Positions 12,801 to 25,104 of a DNA stretch of 64,000 bases are shown in pieces. The notes under the pieces were generated by a model, which had not been told where the DNA came from, ran no database searches, and was given only the letters and a program-made list of their open reading frames with translations. The DNA lies in NCBI GenBank assembly GCA_013239625.1, contig MU053652.1, positions 1,614,001 to 1,678,000 on the forward strand, read 5' to 3'. The DNA is from Lama guanicoe. Taxonomy: Eukaryota. The position numbers and the translations under genes are program-made. Position 1 is the stretch's first letter. Every line of letters starts with the position of its first letter.

Positions 12801-14012
12801 AGGGCTACTGAAGACACACTGTGCTATTTGTGATTTCCTGAGCAAGCCCCAGCTTCCTTGTATCTTTACCATCGCGTATCCTGTTTCCCACTCCTTCCTC
12901 TTTGTCCAAATGCTACCTTTTATTTATCAAGTTTTATCTGATAATCCTTCTGTTCTTAACTGCTAACCAGATTTAAAATTAAAATTATAAAAAATCGTGT
13001 AATGTCAACAGTATCAACCTTACTCCCTTGACTACCACTAACATATGGCACACTTAGTTAGTTCCAGGCACTGTACTTGGTGCACATCATACACCATCTC
13101 ATTTAATCCTCCTCAAATTCACCAGGGATTTCCACACAAGAAAAAAACTGAGGCCACCCAGCTCTCCTCTGAATTTGCAGCATCTGATGTATCTTGTACC
13201 ATTTATGCCATTTTCCCTTGAGCTACTGTAATCTGTACGCAAAGCCCATCTCATCTAGGGGAGGAGCCCCATCTTTCTTGCGTCTCCCGCTGTGCCTAGC
13301 ACCTGGCTCTTTGCACATGTGTAGCCGATGCCCGTTCTTTTGTTGAATGAGTCTTGCACGTGGCTGGTCCCCCAAATGCCGTAAGGGCCTATGGATCTGT
13401 TAAAAGACTGAGCAGAAGCACCAGTGGAAGCTGCGAGCCCGTCCCCGCACCTTGTCATCTCTGCCCGCCTCAGCGGCTGCCGTTCACACGTTAAATTGAA
13501 AGCAGCGACCGAGGCTCTATTTAAAGTGTCCCCGAAAACGGTAGTCAAGTGTGTAACGCAGCTGTTTCACTGACGTGGGCACGGTCTTTGTGAAGAGGTT
13601 GTTTTCCCTTTGGGTATGGGGTGGTTTAACCAGAAGCCATTATAGGACACCTGTGTGGATGTCGAAAGGAAAACAATGAAAAAAGCCCCTGAACTCCGCT
13701 CCTTGTTACCTCCATCTCTATCAAGACATCATCTCCCTGGTTATTTTCTCCATCAAGTCGTGTCTCTGCCATCAGCATCCAAAGATCACAAAATATGACC
13801 CGGGGCCAGTAAAGTTGAAGCAGGAATTGTCCAGAGCAGAAAGAATAATTGCAGCGTTTGCCATTAGCATTCCAGCTCTGGTTCTCTCTGGATTTGTTCG
13901 CCACCTCAGCTTGACAGCTTAATGGTTTGCGGGGAGAAGGAACATTTTAGCACAATCAGTCTCTTCCCCTTGCAGGGAGGGGTAGCTGGTGAAAGTACTA
14001 GGTGAAGTCTCT

Positions 14013-14054
14013 GGAGGACCGGGGCGGTGTGCGGAGGACCGGGGCGCTGTGCGG
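14013..14054. repeat. 20-bp tandem duplication (19/20 identical)
   Basis: ggaggaccggggcg(g/c)tgtgc twice. Confidence 0.9.
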
Positions 14055-14730
14055 GAAAAGAGGTGTTCAGTTAGGGCAGATGGCCAGCCTCATCAGAGCC
14101 ATGCGCTGGCCCTGCTTCAGGCAAACCGATGATTTGTGTGTGCTGCTGCGGCTACCCTTTCCCTCCCCAGCTCTCTGTCTGGGCACCTTTTCACTGGGCA
14201 TCCTCTGAAATAAAGCTTTATTGATTCTACTGATTAAATCCATTGCTTGCATTTTTGACAGCCAGGATTTTTTACTTCCTGGACAACACTGACATTCTGC
14301 TCCCTTTCTCTCCTCCCTCCTCGTTCTTAGCAGCAAATAATAAGTAGCACAAAGTTTCTAAGGCAGGTCCTCACCGTGCCTTCTAGTCTCTGGGCTCAAT
14401 ATCTGTTTCTGGTATGAGCTTCCAGAGAACGTCGAGGCATCCTCAGTACCGCAGTGCTAGACAGTGTTTGCCTAGGTCATGGAGGTGGAGGCCCCATGTA
14501 GGTTTGATGGGAGGCTTTGAACAATGCATGTCAAAGTGAGAGCAAAGTGTCAAGAGAGTGAATGCTAGCTCTCACCACACCCGGCGTAGCACCTCTGGGA
14601 ACTCCGGCAGGAATCATGTCCCCTGAAGCTTCCAGCCCTTTCCTGCAGTTACTGTGATTTGATCATTGAGGTCTCCAGGCAGTCTCTGACACAGAGTCCT
14701 GCTCTGTACAGCTCTGGACCTCTGGGGGAG

Positions 14731-14932
14731 CCACTGTTTCTTGATGGAGTTGCCACCGGGCATTTTGGGCAGGACAGTTCTTGGTTATGCAGGACCGTCT
14801 TGCAAGATGCAGGGTGAGCATCCCTGCCCTTCTGGGTACTAAAAGCCAGGAGCACTCAGGCAACAAAAAAGCCCCTCTCCATTTCCAGATGCCCATGGGG
14901 ATGGGGAGATGCTCCAGACTGAGAACTTCTGC
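14731..14932 (-). mobile_element. MER20-like hAT DNA transposon
   Basis: cattttgggcaggacagttctt...agcatccctgccctt...actaaaagccaggagcac...atttccagatgccc resembles the reverse complement of MER20. Confidence 0.6.
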
Positions 14933-15019
14933 TAGTTTCAGAGGGAGAAGAGCATGGTTGATACCTGCATTTGACACCTGTGCCTCTTCCTGGGGACATG
15001 GGCTCTCACGATATGTTTG

Positions 15020-15280
15020 ATAGCTGAGTGACCTTGAACAAGTCACTTCAAAAACTCTTTGATCCCTCAAGGTCCTCGCCTGTTGCATGGAGATAGTAGT
15101 AGAACCCATCTCTTAGATTTGGGAGGAAGATTAACATTAATGAATGTTTCTGAGTGCTGCCAATGTGCTAGGCAATTTGCTAAGCATGTTATGTGCAAGG
15201 TCCCCCCTAATCTTTGTAACCAACCACCCAATGAAGTGAGTCCCATTATTTTTCCCATTTTACAGATGATGAAACTGTTT
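15020..15280. mobile_element. Two adjacent MIR fragments in opposite orientation
   Basis: tagctgagtgaccttgaacaagtcactt (+) and cccattttacagatgatgaaactg (-). Confidence 0.65.
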
Positions 15281-15352
15281 TTTGTCCCACCTTACAGATG
15301 CAAAGACTCAAGATTATGCAGCTAGATGGGCTAGATGGAGTGTAACTTAGGT

Positions 15353-15541
15353 TGATGGTTCTCAAACTTCACCATACTTCAGAATCTCCTGGAGGGCTTG
15401 GGGAAGTCACAGATGGTGGGGACTCACTACCAGAGTTTCTGAGTCAGTAGGTCTGGGAAGGGCCCGAGGAGCTGCATTTCTAACAAGTTCCCAGGAGCTG
15501 CTGGTGCTGCTGTTCCGGGGACCACACGTTGAAAACCACTG
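15353..15541 (+). mobile_element. Full-length MER5A (hAT-Charlie MITE), 189 bp
   Basis: Termini tgatggttctcaaa / ttgaaaaccactg; internal cagagtttctgagtcagtaggtctggg...tgcatttctaacaagttcccagg; degenerate 8-bp TSD acttaggt / atttaagt. Confidence 0.85.
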
Positions 15542-16189
15542 ATTTAAGTCTTCCAGTTTATAATTCCCAGTAATTCATGATGTATTGCAAGCTCTGAGAA
15601 GGCAGGTGGAGAGCGTCCCCTACCTCCATTTACATGCAACACACGCATCAAGGGCTTTTGTGTGTTCTATGTGTCCTTCAACAGGGCTCAGCCCCGGGGG
15701 CAGGGGACAGAGTCTCACTTGGGTTGTCAGTCTGCTGAGGCTCCACGTGTCCCTGAGCCCTGGATGGAGAGGCAGGGTCCTGAGAAGGCCCTCGTAGGAG
15801 GAGACAGAAGGGGAAGGTGGGTGATGGGTGGCAGTGGCCACAGGGAGACAGGCAGGGGCTAGGAGCTTGGGAAGCCTTCTCAGATGTGAGTTATTTCAGG
15901 TTCCAAGACCTGTGCTCAGGAAATTTAATTATTTCTATTTTGCTTGTGTTTTCTGTGTCTGTTTGATTTTTATTCTGCTTTTCTGGCAAAGTCAGCCTGT
16001 GCACAGAGGGGACAATGAAAGGAATTTTCTCCTCCACACTTGGGCCAGGGTGTTAGGGGAGCAGCGTCTCCTTGAGGCTGGTCATGATGGTAGCAAAGTA
16101 AGGGAAACCCAAAGATGGGGGGACATGGGGCAGGGCAGCTGCCAGCAGCATCCAGGCTCCCCACCTGGAGAACTTGCCAATAATATTAT

Positions 16190-16400
16190 AACCACTGCTC
16201 CTAGTTATTGATCTCTTACTGTGTGCCAGGGCATATGCTGGCACTTTATTATAGTCCTGGGGTTGGATCCCATTTTCAACTCCATTTTACACATAAGGAA
16301 AATAAGTTTGGAGATTCAGAGACTTGCCCAGGTTCATGCAATGAGCAAGTGACAGAGCAAGACCTGAGGCCCAGGGCTGCCCAAGGTAAAGCCAGGGCCC
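16190..16400 (-). mobile_element. MIR SINE
   Basis: cttactgtgtgccaggg...ccattttacacataaggaaa...gacttgcccaggttca. Confidence 0.7.
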
Positions 16401-18572
16401 TTCACCCTTTCCAATCGATGTTCAGTTAACACCTCGGCACTTGCTTGGTCTGAACTGGGGAAGACTTCTTTCACTGCAGGGACACATTTGTTCCACTCAC
16501 TGTGCCCAGAAGCAGGTACTCTCCAAGTCTTGTGGAGCTGGTGGTGCCCCAGGCTTCAGACCAGGTACTGCTCAAGACCCTGCCCGTGAACCTGAGCTGG
16601 TCCCTCAGCCTCACCGGCCTGAGTGTCTCCCCTCTGTGAGCACCAGGACCCCGCTCCTCTCCTGCGGGGCTGCTGTGCGGATGGCTGATGATGTCCAGGC
16701 TCCCGGGAGGAAAGGTGGTGGTGGTGTCTTCCATCCGTAGCTATGCAGGGGCAGTCACAGGGACTCCAGCTGCCATCCCTGGTGTCTGCAAACCTTCCGC
16801 GCACCTGCCTCCTTCATGTGGGCTGCCGCACCAGGAGAAGGGAAGTGAGAGGGGCTCGCAGACTAGGACTTGAAATGCAAGCAGGTCCAGGGTCAGGCAG
16901 GATCAGCGATGCCCTGCATCCCGTAGAGGAGCTGCCCTGTGCTGGGGGACTTTCTCCTCTGCTGATTTGACAGGTGATCCAGGGCTGGGTGTCCAGGCCG
17001 AGCACGTGGGTTGTGGTGGCCCCCATTGCCCGTGGACTTCCCCATGAAACTGACAACAGAAGCTTCTGGCTTGAAAAGGGCTTGATCCAGATAAAGACTC
17101 TTTTTTTTTTTTAAATTTCCATTCTTACCAGAGGTTTTCCTGTCACTGTGAACTTGACACCTCACTCTCAGAGGGCCTTGGGCCTCCGCTTCTCTCTTCC
17201 CCTCTGTGTCTCCCCCTGCCTCTTTCTGATACAGCACAAGCTGGAGACAGTGTGGGAGGGAAGACCCTCCACCCCTCTGCTGAGGCCCATGACCCTCGGT
17301 CCTGGGGTGCCCTGCAGTCCTGTTTCAGGCCGTCTATTCCAAATTAGGGAATCTCAGTGAAAGCCCTTAAAAAGGGTCTTAACTTCCTTGAAATCATACT
17401 TTGGGTGCTAAAAGTGATCTCATTCAGGTCAATGAGTGGACTTAAAGGATTAAGACCCCTTCTGAAAAGGCTGGCTTTATTATTTTTGGCCAAAAAAGAA
17501 CCACAGTATCTTATCATTGGATTAATCATCTACCACAGAAGCTCTGATATACTGAGTACTTAGTAGGTGCCGGATGTCGCTAAGTGCTCCTTTCATCACT
17601 TGGTCCAACCTCCTGCCTCTTGTGCACGGCATCCTTGTCAGATGGACACTTGGCTTCTGCCCGAGTATGTCTGGGTGGCCCATCCATTGCTGGACTGGTC
17701 CCCTGGACTCGGGATCGAAGTCTCTGCCTTTTGACCTTCACTCGCACGCCCCATTTCTGCCCTTTGGAGTAACCCAGAAAGCTCACTCTCTCCTCCCACT
17801 TGCAACCCCCAAGTTCAGCTCAAGCCTCCCTAGTCCCTTCAAAGACTTCCTGGTCCTCTGTAGTCTCTCGTTTCCTTTTCATCTTTTTAATCAGCCTGAT
17901 ACCACTGAGAGTACAGTCAGCTTAGTAGCTCTCCTTTGCAAGAGGCAGCGTCTGAGACACAGAGTAGGAACTCAGCAGTTCATTCTCAAAAAGTAACTTG
18001 CTCTTCTTCTGAAATACTCCTCTCATGAATATCTCTGCCCCCTGACTTCTTAGAATGAGGACCTGTGACTGGGCGCAGTGAGCCATCGCTGTAGGGCTGC
18101 TTCTCCGTGCCTGGGGGATGGTTTACGAGTTTTGCTGCCCCGCCACAGCTGCTGGACCAGGCAGCTCCTTGGAACGGCTCTGGGATTGCAGCCTTCCAGC
18201 TTCTCTCAGCAGCTGCCTCCTGTTGGGTCCTCTGCGCTGATTTGCCCGAGGACTGGCTGCCTAATTAGTCTCCAGGTGTCTGGATTCCCGGTGGAGCAGC
18301 CTATATTGGGCAGACTTCCTCGGAGGAGAAGGCTGGCTGTGCCAGGTGGGGGCCCTGCAGGGGCTGAAGCCTTCTTCTTTCTTCTGCTCTAGTCAAATCC
18401 TGGTTCCTTTGGTAGAGACCGGGTGTGTGGCAGTGGGGTGGGTGAAAGGTACGATGGGAGTGGGGAGGGTAGTTTGGTCTTTCCCCTCTGTGATCAGGCG
18501 CGGGGCAAGAGTCAGGACTGGGATAAAGTGATAAGGATTAGTCTCACATTGGGAATAAGAAGAGGAGGGACT

Positions 18573-18684
18573 GGGGGTGGGTGTAGCTCAGTGGTAGAGC
18601 ATGCACAAGGTCCTGGGTTCAATCCCCAGCACCTTCATTAAAAAAAGCACAAAACAAAACCTTGGATAGAGAAGTGAAAAACAG
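18573..18684 (+). mobile_element. tRNA-derived SINE (camelid-type) with A-rich tail and 16-bp TSD
   Basis: gggggtgggtgtagctcagtggtagagcatgcacaaggtcctgggttcaatccccagcacc with Pol III A box (tagctcagtgg) and B box (ggttcaatccc). A-rich tail; flanks aagaagaggagggact (18557-18572) / aagaagaagaggtact (18685-18700). Confidence 0.85.
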
Positions 18685-18739
18685 AAGAAGAAGAGGTACT
18701 GAGCTGATTGGGAGAGCAATCTAACACCAGAATGATGGT

Positions 18740-19150
18740 GATAATCATGGCGAACACTGATACAGTACCTGTGTGTGCCCAGCACTGTTTGAAGCATTTA
18801 CACCTATTAACTCATTTAATCCTCGTAAAAGCCCCATGCAGTATGTGCTGCTATGACCCCATCTTATATGTGGGAGTCTAAGGTTCAGAGAGCAACTTGT
18901 CCAAGGTCACAAGACAGATACAAGTTTTTCTCCAGACTCGGCATTCCTGATCCCCTTGAGAAGCAGAAGAGAGGTGGGGAGCAGAGGTTCCGAGGCCGGG
19001 ATGGAGTCTGGGCTCCAGCACTGGAAACTACCTACCCTCTGTGAACCGCAGTCCAAGGGCAAGAGTAAGACCTACCTCGTGGTGTTGTGGTGAGAATTAA
19101 TTGAGATGATGGGGTCAAGCGTACAGCCCAGTGCTGGGCAGGTGTCGAGG
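18740..19150. mobile_element. MIR fragments
   Basis: tgtgtgcccagcactg...aactcatttaatcctc...aacttgtccaaggtcaca (-), then a + fragment ttgtggtgagaattaattgagatgat. Confidence 0.65.
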
Positions 19151-21050
19151 TCTCGGTAGTCAGATCTTACTATGAAGAGGAAGATACCTTGATCTCCAAC
19201 CACAGAGAAAATATTCTGGCTGTGGGGCCTGCCGAGAGGCTATCCATCAGGGAATAAAGGAGAGTCAGGGAGCAAAGGAACCAGAGTGCTTATTCTCAGC
19301 ATCACAATTTTTTTTTGTTTGACTCTCTTGGGTGAACTGATAGGGCAGTGGGGCGTGGGCCATACGGTGGCTGCATGAAGGTAAATGAGATGAATGCAGT
19401 ACTTGAATAGAAAGGGAGCCCTTTGCTGTTCTTCCAGGGCCCCAGGCCCCAAATCTGCAGCCGATGTGAGGAAGAGGGTGGGAGAAGAAATGAGTCAGCT
19501 GGATGGTCTCAGCCCAAAGGCCTTTACAAACAGCAGGATCTTGAGATCCATGAAAATGTAAGCCTGTTCCTTCCTCATCCTCCCACTGAAGCCCACCAGC
19601 CAGACCACGGGCCCTCCCCGCCCAGCCCTGCAGGGCAGCCCTCAGCAGAGCAGGGCATGGACTGTGATCTGCCCCGTTTTGGCTTCCATTGCCAACCGTG
19701 GGGCAGTATCTCGGAATAAATTCTTGATTATGGGGAGGGTCAGCATTCATGATGCATTCATGATGGTGAATATAAACCCAGATATCACAACAGTCTTCCT
19801 AATAATTTTGATTTTTTTCTTTTTGGGGAAGAGAGTGATTTCTGGCCTGATTAGTTAGCCCTGTGGCTTGTAATGTAAATGATGAAGAGTTTGTGCCAGG
19901 AGCAAAAGGATCACCTCTTCATTGTCTTATTGATTGCTAGCATTTGCATTATTTGTATGACTTTCTAGCCACATTTTTCTTATGGGAATCTTTTAAAGCC
20001 AGCTGACTATTTTTAAAAACACTGGATTGTTAAAACGAAATGACACAGTAAATCAGAAATCCCCTTAGTCGGCACAGATACGCGGCAATACCTTGCGCAT
20101 ATTGCTGGCAAATTAAGGTGTGAGGGGACCACACCAGTCCCTCGGCATCATGAGAGCCCTCCTCTGCCCTCGGGACACCTGCTGTCCCCTGCAGGACACA
20201 GACTTGTTGACATATCAACCCGTGGGCGTGCCAGTTCTGTAGATTGAATATTAGTAGAGCTGTTATCTTTCATTCTTTTGAGATAAAAAATATTTAAATA
20301 GAAATTCTGGTATTTTCTTCCATCTCGCCTTATTTTGGAGACCACTAAAATAAAAGACCTTGCATGCCAGCAACCCAGCAACCCAGCACCTGTCCCATTT
20401 GCTCTGACTCCTGGCTGTCCTCGCTCTGAAGACTCAGTCCTCCTGCCTTTGCTCTCTGTACCCCTCCCCCACTGCTGTATCTGTGCACACGTGCACACGC
20501 GTGTGTGTCTGCGTGGGGATGTCCCTTGTAGCCAGGCTCTGCACTGTGGTGGGGACACCAGCATAGGGAGGGCTGGGGTGGGAGGAACCTCAGGCCATGC
20601 CTCCGTCTCCTGGAAGATGAGATGCTCCTAGAAGATGGGACTCCTATAGTAGGAATGAGTCTAATGGTGGGAGGAACTGGTAGGACGGGCGGCAGGTTAG
20701 TTGGGGATCCCTGGATTAGGGTCAGAGAAGAACCAGAATTGCTGATGGGATCTCGCTGGGTATCCCTATTCCCACCAAGAAGCACGGGAAGGCTTGCCTC
20801 CTTCCTTTGTCTGTGCTGACCAGTTTTCCATTTCAGTGTGAGCGCCTGCTCCCCGCTCCTCTTCACCCCCGTGCACATCAAGCTGTGGCTTCCTCCTCAC
20901 TGGCCTTTTCCTCTAAATCAGCTCAGCCCTGGGCATCATCACAAAGTGGCCATTTTGTTTCCCAGCCTCCATCTCTTCCACCTTCCTCTTCCCCCCCATC
21001 GGAGAACTGGCCCTCAGTCTCACTTTTTCTGTTGCCTGGGGAGTTGCCAG

Positions 21051-21081
21051 AACAAACAAACAAACAAACAAACAAACAAAA
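21051..21081. repeat. (AAAC)n microsatellite, ~7 units
   Basis: aacaaacaaacaaacaaacaaacaaacaaaa. Confidence 0.95.
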
Positions 21082-22519
21082 CCCCTTAGTCTGTCCTTTA
21101 GAACAACCCCACAGGGGTCTGGTTTTCAGGCAGTGGGCCCAAGCCAGAGTTCTGGGGTCCCAAGATGATGTGGCTTTGTTCAGCGAGGTAAGTTGGTCTG
21201 GAGTGATGGCACCAAGGCTGCTGAGCAGGCGGTGAGCGAGGGGAGGCTTGGTGCTGACAGGACAGCAGGTGGGGAAGGGAGCCAGCGGGACCTGCAGCCT
21301 GTGTCTGGGAGAAGCCCGTGGACTCCACGGAGTCTGAACCCCCCAGGTGGGCAGGGCAGCTGCAGCTTCATAGACTGGCAGAGCAGAAGGAGAACAGAGG
21401 CCGAGAAGCATCAAATGAGAGAAAAATGGTTTTCTTGTGAAGCCAAGGTTTTTTGTTTTAACTAAGCACAAGGGACTCTTGATGTGGAAGGGAATCTTTG
21501 AATTATTGGAAGATGCTTTGGGGATGGAAAACTGGGCTGAAGCTGGCCTCTGTGGATTTGGGGGAACTCTTTGAACAGGGGTGGCTGGAGACCCTTCTCC
21601 AGAGCTCAGCGACTGGTTCACAGGACAAGTTAAAATCTTTTCATATTGGAGGCCTTGCACCCATCTGATTCCTGAATTTATGTCTTTCCCAAGGACTTGG
21701 CCACCTTTGATGGGGCAGAGAGCACTGGGAGGATCATTCTAGAGTCCATTGCAGGTCACATGAAACTGATCATACGTCCTTCCAACTCCTATTGGACACG
21801 GACACTGTGCTGAGTGCTGTGCATTGAACTACACACAGAAGCACATCTTCACCTTAGTAGGGCTTGTTTAGCTGCCAAGTGAATACAGGTGTCAACATTA
21901 TGGCAAAGGCAAAGTGGAAAGTGATAAGCTCTGATACTCTGATATTGCTTTGGAAATTCAGGGAATGGGATAGATTCCTTTGGCTTGGAGGTTAGGAGCG
22001 GTTTATGATGGCAGTAACCAGCTACACAGGTAACCTTGTTTATTCCTCTCCACAGTCTAGAAGGCAGGTCCTGGGGACCACACTTTGAGAACCACTGATA
22101 CATAGACTCTCACTTCACCACCGTGGCATGTTTCTCACTTGTGTATTGTAATCCTCATCTTGCAGGTACAGAAACTCAAAATCACAGATCACACATCCTA
22201 GAACCACAAAAGGAGTTATTAACGGACCTTGAACCTGTGTTCAGTGCTCTTTGCACTTAGCAACCACCTCCCTCAAAGCCAATAAATGTCTGAAGGTATA
22301 AAAGATGGTGTTATTCATTCCAATAAACTGGTGTTGGAGTGATCTAGAAAATAACTGGCATTGGTGCCAAAGAAATCCAGTAAGGAGATAGAAAGAGGAT
22401 GGAGCAGTAATGATGAGAGCCTAGTTTGGGGGTCAGGATAGATGGAGGTGGAAGGAACTGAAATATGGACCCTTTCCTTTCATTGTTACGAAATTAGTTA
22501 GCTCTTATCGAAATGAGCC

Positions 22520-22925
22520 CTGCAAATCAGAAGCCTGGGTGGTCTCTCCCAGGGATTCTGTGATGCATAGTCATGTTTGAGAACCATTGCTGATCACAGC
22601 ACTTGAGCATTCAGGCTCTTACCTGAACTCTAGCTTCTCTGTTCCAGGGGTCTTCAAACTCGAATGTGCCTCAGTCACCTGATGGCCTTGTTTAAATACC
22701 CTATGTGTCTTGGGCAGGGCCTGAGATTTTGCATTTCCAGCAAGTTCCCAGGTAGGAGCCCCTCTCTATCACGTACTGGCTTTGTGGCCTTGAATAGATG
22801 TCTTGTTCTCTCTGTGACTCAGTTTCTTCCTCTGTAAAATAAAGATCAGAATGGTATCCACCTTATAGAGTGTTATGAAAAAATAAAAGGAGTAATTCAT
22901 GTAGAGTGCTTAGCACATTATACCT
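22520..22925. mobile_element. MER5-type fragments followed by MIR
   Basis: tttgagaaccattg and ttgcatttccagcaagttcccaggt (MER5); ctcagtttcttcctctgtaaaat...gtagagtgcttagcac (MIR). Confidence 0.6.
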
Positions 22926-23026
22926 CCATAAACAGGCTTCTTGTTAATGAATTTGTAAGATGCTTTATAGGTACAGACAGTCACAGTGAAATTTGGATGG
23001 CAGAAGACTGCAGTGTGCCTATTAAA

Positions 23027-23968
23027 TTTTTTTATTGTGATAAAATATATAAAACATAAAATTTGCCCTTTTTAAATGTACAACTGAGTGGCTTTAATTA
23101 CATTCATAGTGTCATGCAACCATCACCACCATCCATCACCAGAACTTTGTCGTCTCCCCCGGTTGAAACTCTGTACCCATTAAGCAATAACTCTCCATTG
23201 TCTCTCCCGCAGCCCCTGGTAACCTCTGTTCTACTTTATGTCTCTATGAACTTGCCTATTCTAGGTATTTTATATGAATAGAATCCTACAATATTTGTCC
23301 TTTTGTGTCTGCTTCTCTCACTTAGCATAATGTTTTTAAGATTCATCCATAGTATAGCATGGATTAGACCTTCATTCCTTTTAATTACTGAATAATGTTC
23401 CATTGTATGGATATACCACATTTTGTTTATCCATTCATCTGTTTTTGGACACTTGGGTTGTTTCCAGCTATTGGCTCTTGAACATTGGCTAAAATGAACA
23501 TTAGCATACCTGTATCTGTTCGAGTCCCTGTTTTCAGGTTTTTGGGATCTATACCTAGGAGTGGAATTGCCAGATTTCATGATAATTCTTCTTTTAGCTT
23601 TTTGAGGAACCATCCAACTGTTTTCCACAGCAGTTACAGCATTTTACATTCTTATCAACAACATTCAGTATTCACATCCTTGACAGCATTTGTTATTTTC
23701 CATTTGATTTTAGCCATCCTAGTAGGTGTGAAGTGATACCACATTATGGTTTTGATTTTCATTTCCTAATAACATCTTTTTATCGGCTTATTGGTCATCT
23801 GTGTATCTTCCTTGGAGAAATGTCTCATCAAGTCATTTGCCCATTTTTAAAATTGAATTGTGTGTCTTTTTGTTGTTGAGTTGTAGGACTTGATATTTTC
23901 TCGATACTAGACCTTACCAGATGTATAATAATTGCAAATATTTTCTCCCATTCTATAGGTTGTCTTTT
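23027..23968 (-). mobile_element. L1 3' end (L1MA/L1MB-type), ORF2 C-terminus + 3' UTR
   Basis: Minus-strand ORF fragment WKQPKCPKTDEWINKMWYIHTMEHYSVIKRNE is the L1 ORF2 C-terminus; T-rich left end is the antisense tail. Confidence 0.92.
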
Positions 23969-23977
23969 TTAGTCTGT

Positions 23978-24172
23978 TTTTTACAAATTTAGTTTATTGA
24001 GGTATAGTTGATCTAGCATAAACTGCATATTTAAAATACATGATTTAATGAGTTTTGACATATGTAAAGTCCTGTGAAACCATCACCACAAACAAGGTAA
24101 TAAACATACCCATCACTCCCCAAAGTTTTTCAGTGACACTTTGTAATTCCTCCTTCCCGCCCTTCCTCTCTC
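23978..24172 (-). mobile_element. Second short L1 3' end
   Basis: tttattgaggtatagttga...atgagttttgacatatgt...tgtgaaaccatcaccac is a typical L1M 3' terminus. Confidence 0.75.
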
Positions 24173-24323
24173 TGTTAATAATAATGCTCTAATGGGGAGA
24201 CACCTAATCTGGGACTCAGGAGATGAGACTCCCAGTGTTCTGGCTCTGTTGTCAGTGGATGCTGATGTCCAGTAGCCTTTTCCTTGGTCTTGTTTCCTTA
24301 CCCGCGTGGGGCAGGATCGCTGT

Positions 24324-24570
24324 CAGTGGTTCTTGTCCACTCTGGCTGCGTATTAGAATAATCCCTTGGGAAGCAAGTGAGTATTGCTTTTTTTTTTTAA
24401 AAAAAGCAACATTTTAATGATTATTTTATATTAATTTTGAATAATTATTACTTTTTTAAAAAATACTGATATCTATCCCACATCTTTTGAATGAGTTTCT
24501 GGGGGTGGGATCCTGGTGTCTGTGCTTTTTAAAAAGCTCCCCCAGTGATTCTGATGCACAGGGAGTTGGG
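24324..24570 (+). mobile_element. MER5A1-like element interrupted by an AT-rich insert (~24375-24450)
   Basis: cagtggttct...ggctgcgtattagaat; resumes aaaaatactgat...ttttaaaaagctcccccagtgattctgatgcacag. Confidence 0.65.
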
Positions 24571-25104
24571 ATGATTCCCAACACAACCCTCTTATCCAGA
24601 ATTCCGCAGTTTATATATCACTTTGCATTCCTCATATTGATTTTGTTTCACTCTCAAAAATACCGTGAGGTAGGTGTGGGAGATGTAGCCTGTTTACAGA
24701 CAAGGACACAAATATGTAGAGTGAATAAGGGACCTGGGTACATGTAAGGTTGAGTGGGGACTGGAAGGGAGCATATGTTTTCCATTATTCCCTTCCACTG
24801 CTCTTAAACAAGGTGATACCAACATGTGGGTGGCCCCTGGCTTCCAGGAAGGGTCTCCCAGGATGAGATTATCATGGACCAGAGTCTGACTTTGCCAGTG
24901 TATCCAGAGAAGAACAGATTCTCAGGACTAACTCAGTCTAATTTTCTGGGATATTGGTAGTTAAGGTAAAACACCTAACTCATTGGATTGGAGTCAGTTC
25001 CTATCTAGTTAATGAAAGAATGGTGGCTGCCCTCCTAGGCACCCTTCTTGGCCTTCATGGTAGCAAGGTATCTGCAGAGCACATCTCTAATCTGAAGGTT
25101 TACT

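Noticed and set aside
18573..18635. tRNA gene
   Set aside because: Has A/B boxes but the anticodon arm region is shortened, and it has an A-rich tail and TSD, so it is a SINE.
20923..21660. 245-aa minus-strand ORF
   Set aside because: Runs through the (AAAC)n microsatellite, has low-complexity composition and no recognisable homology or splice context.
23236..23628. Functional protein from L1-like ORFs (also 47260-47457 and 28366-28590)
   Set aside because: Short, degenerate ORF2 C-terminal remnants of 5'-truncated L1 copies.
24384..24409. Inverted repeat ttgcT11A7gcaa
   Set aside because: Low-complexity T/A runs inside a transposon remnant; no evidence of function.
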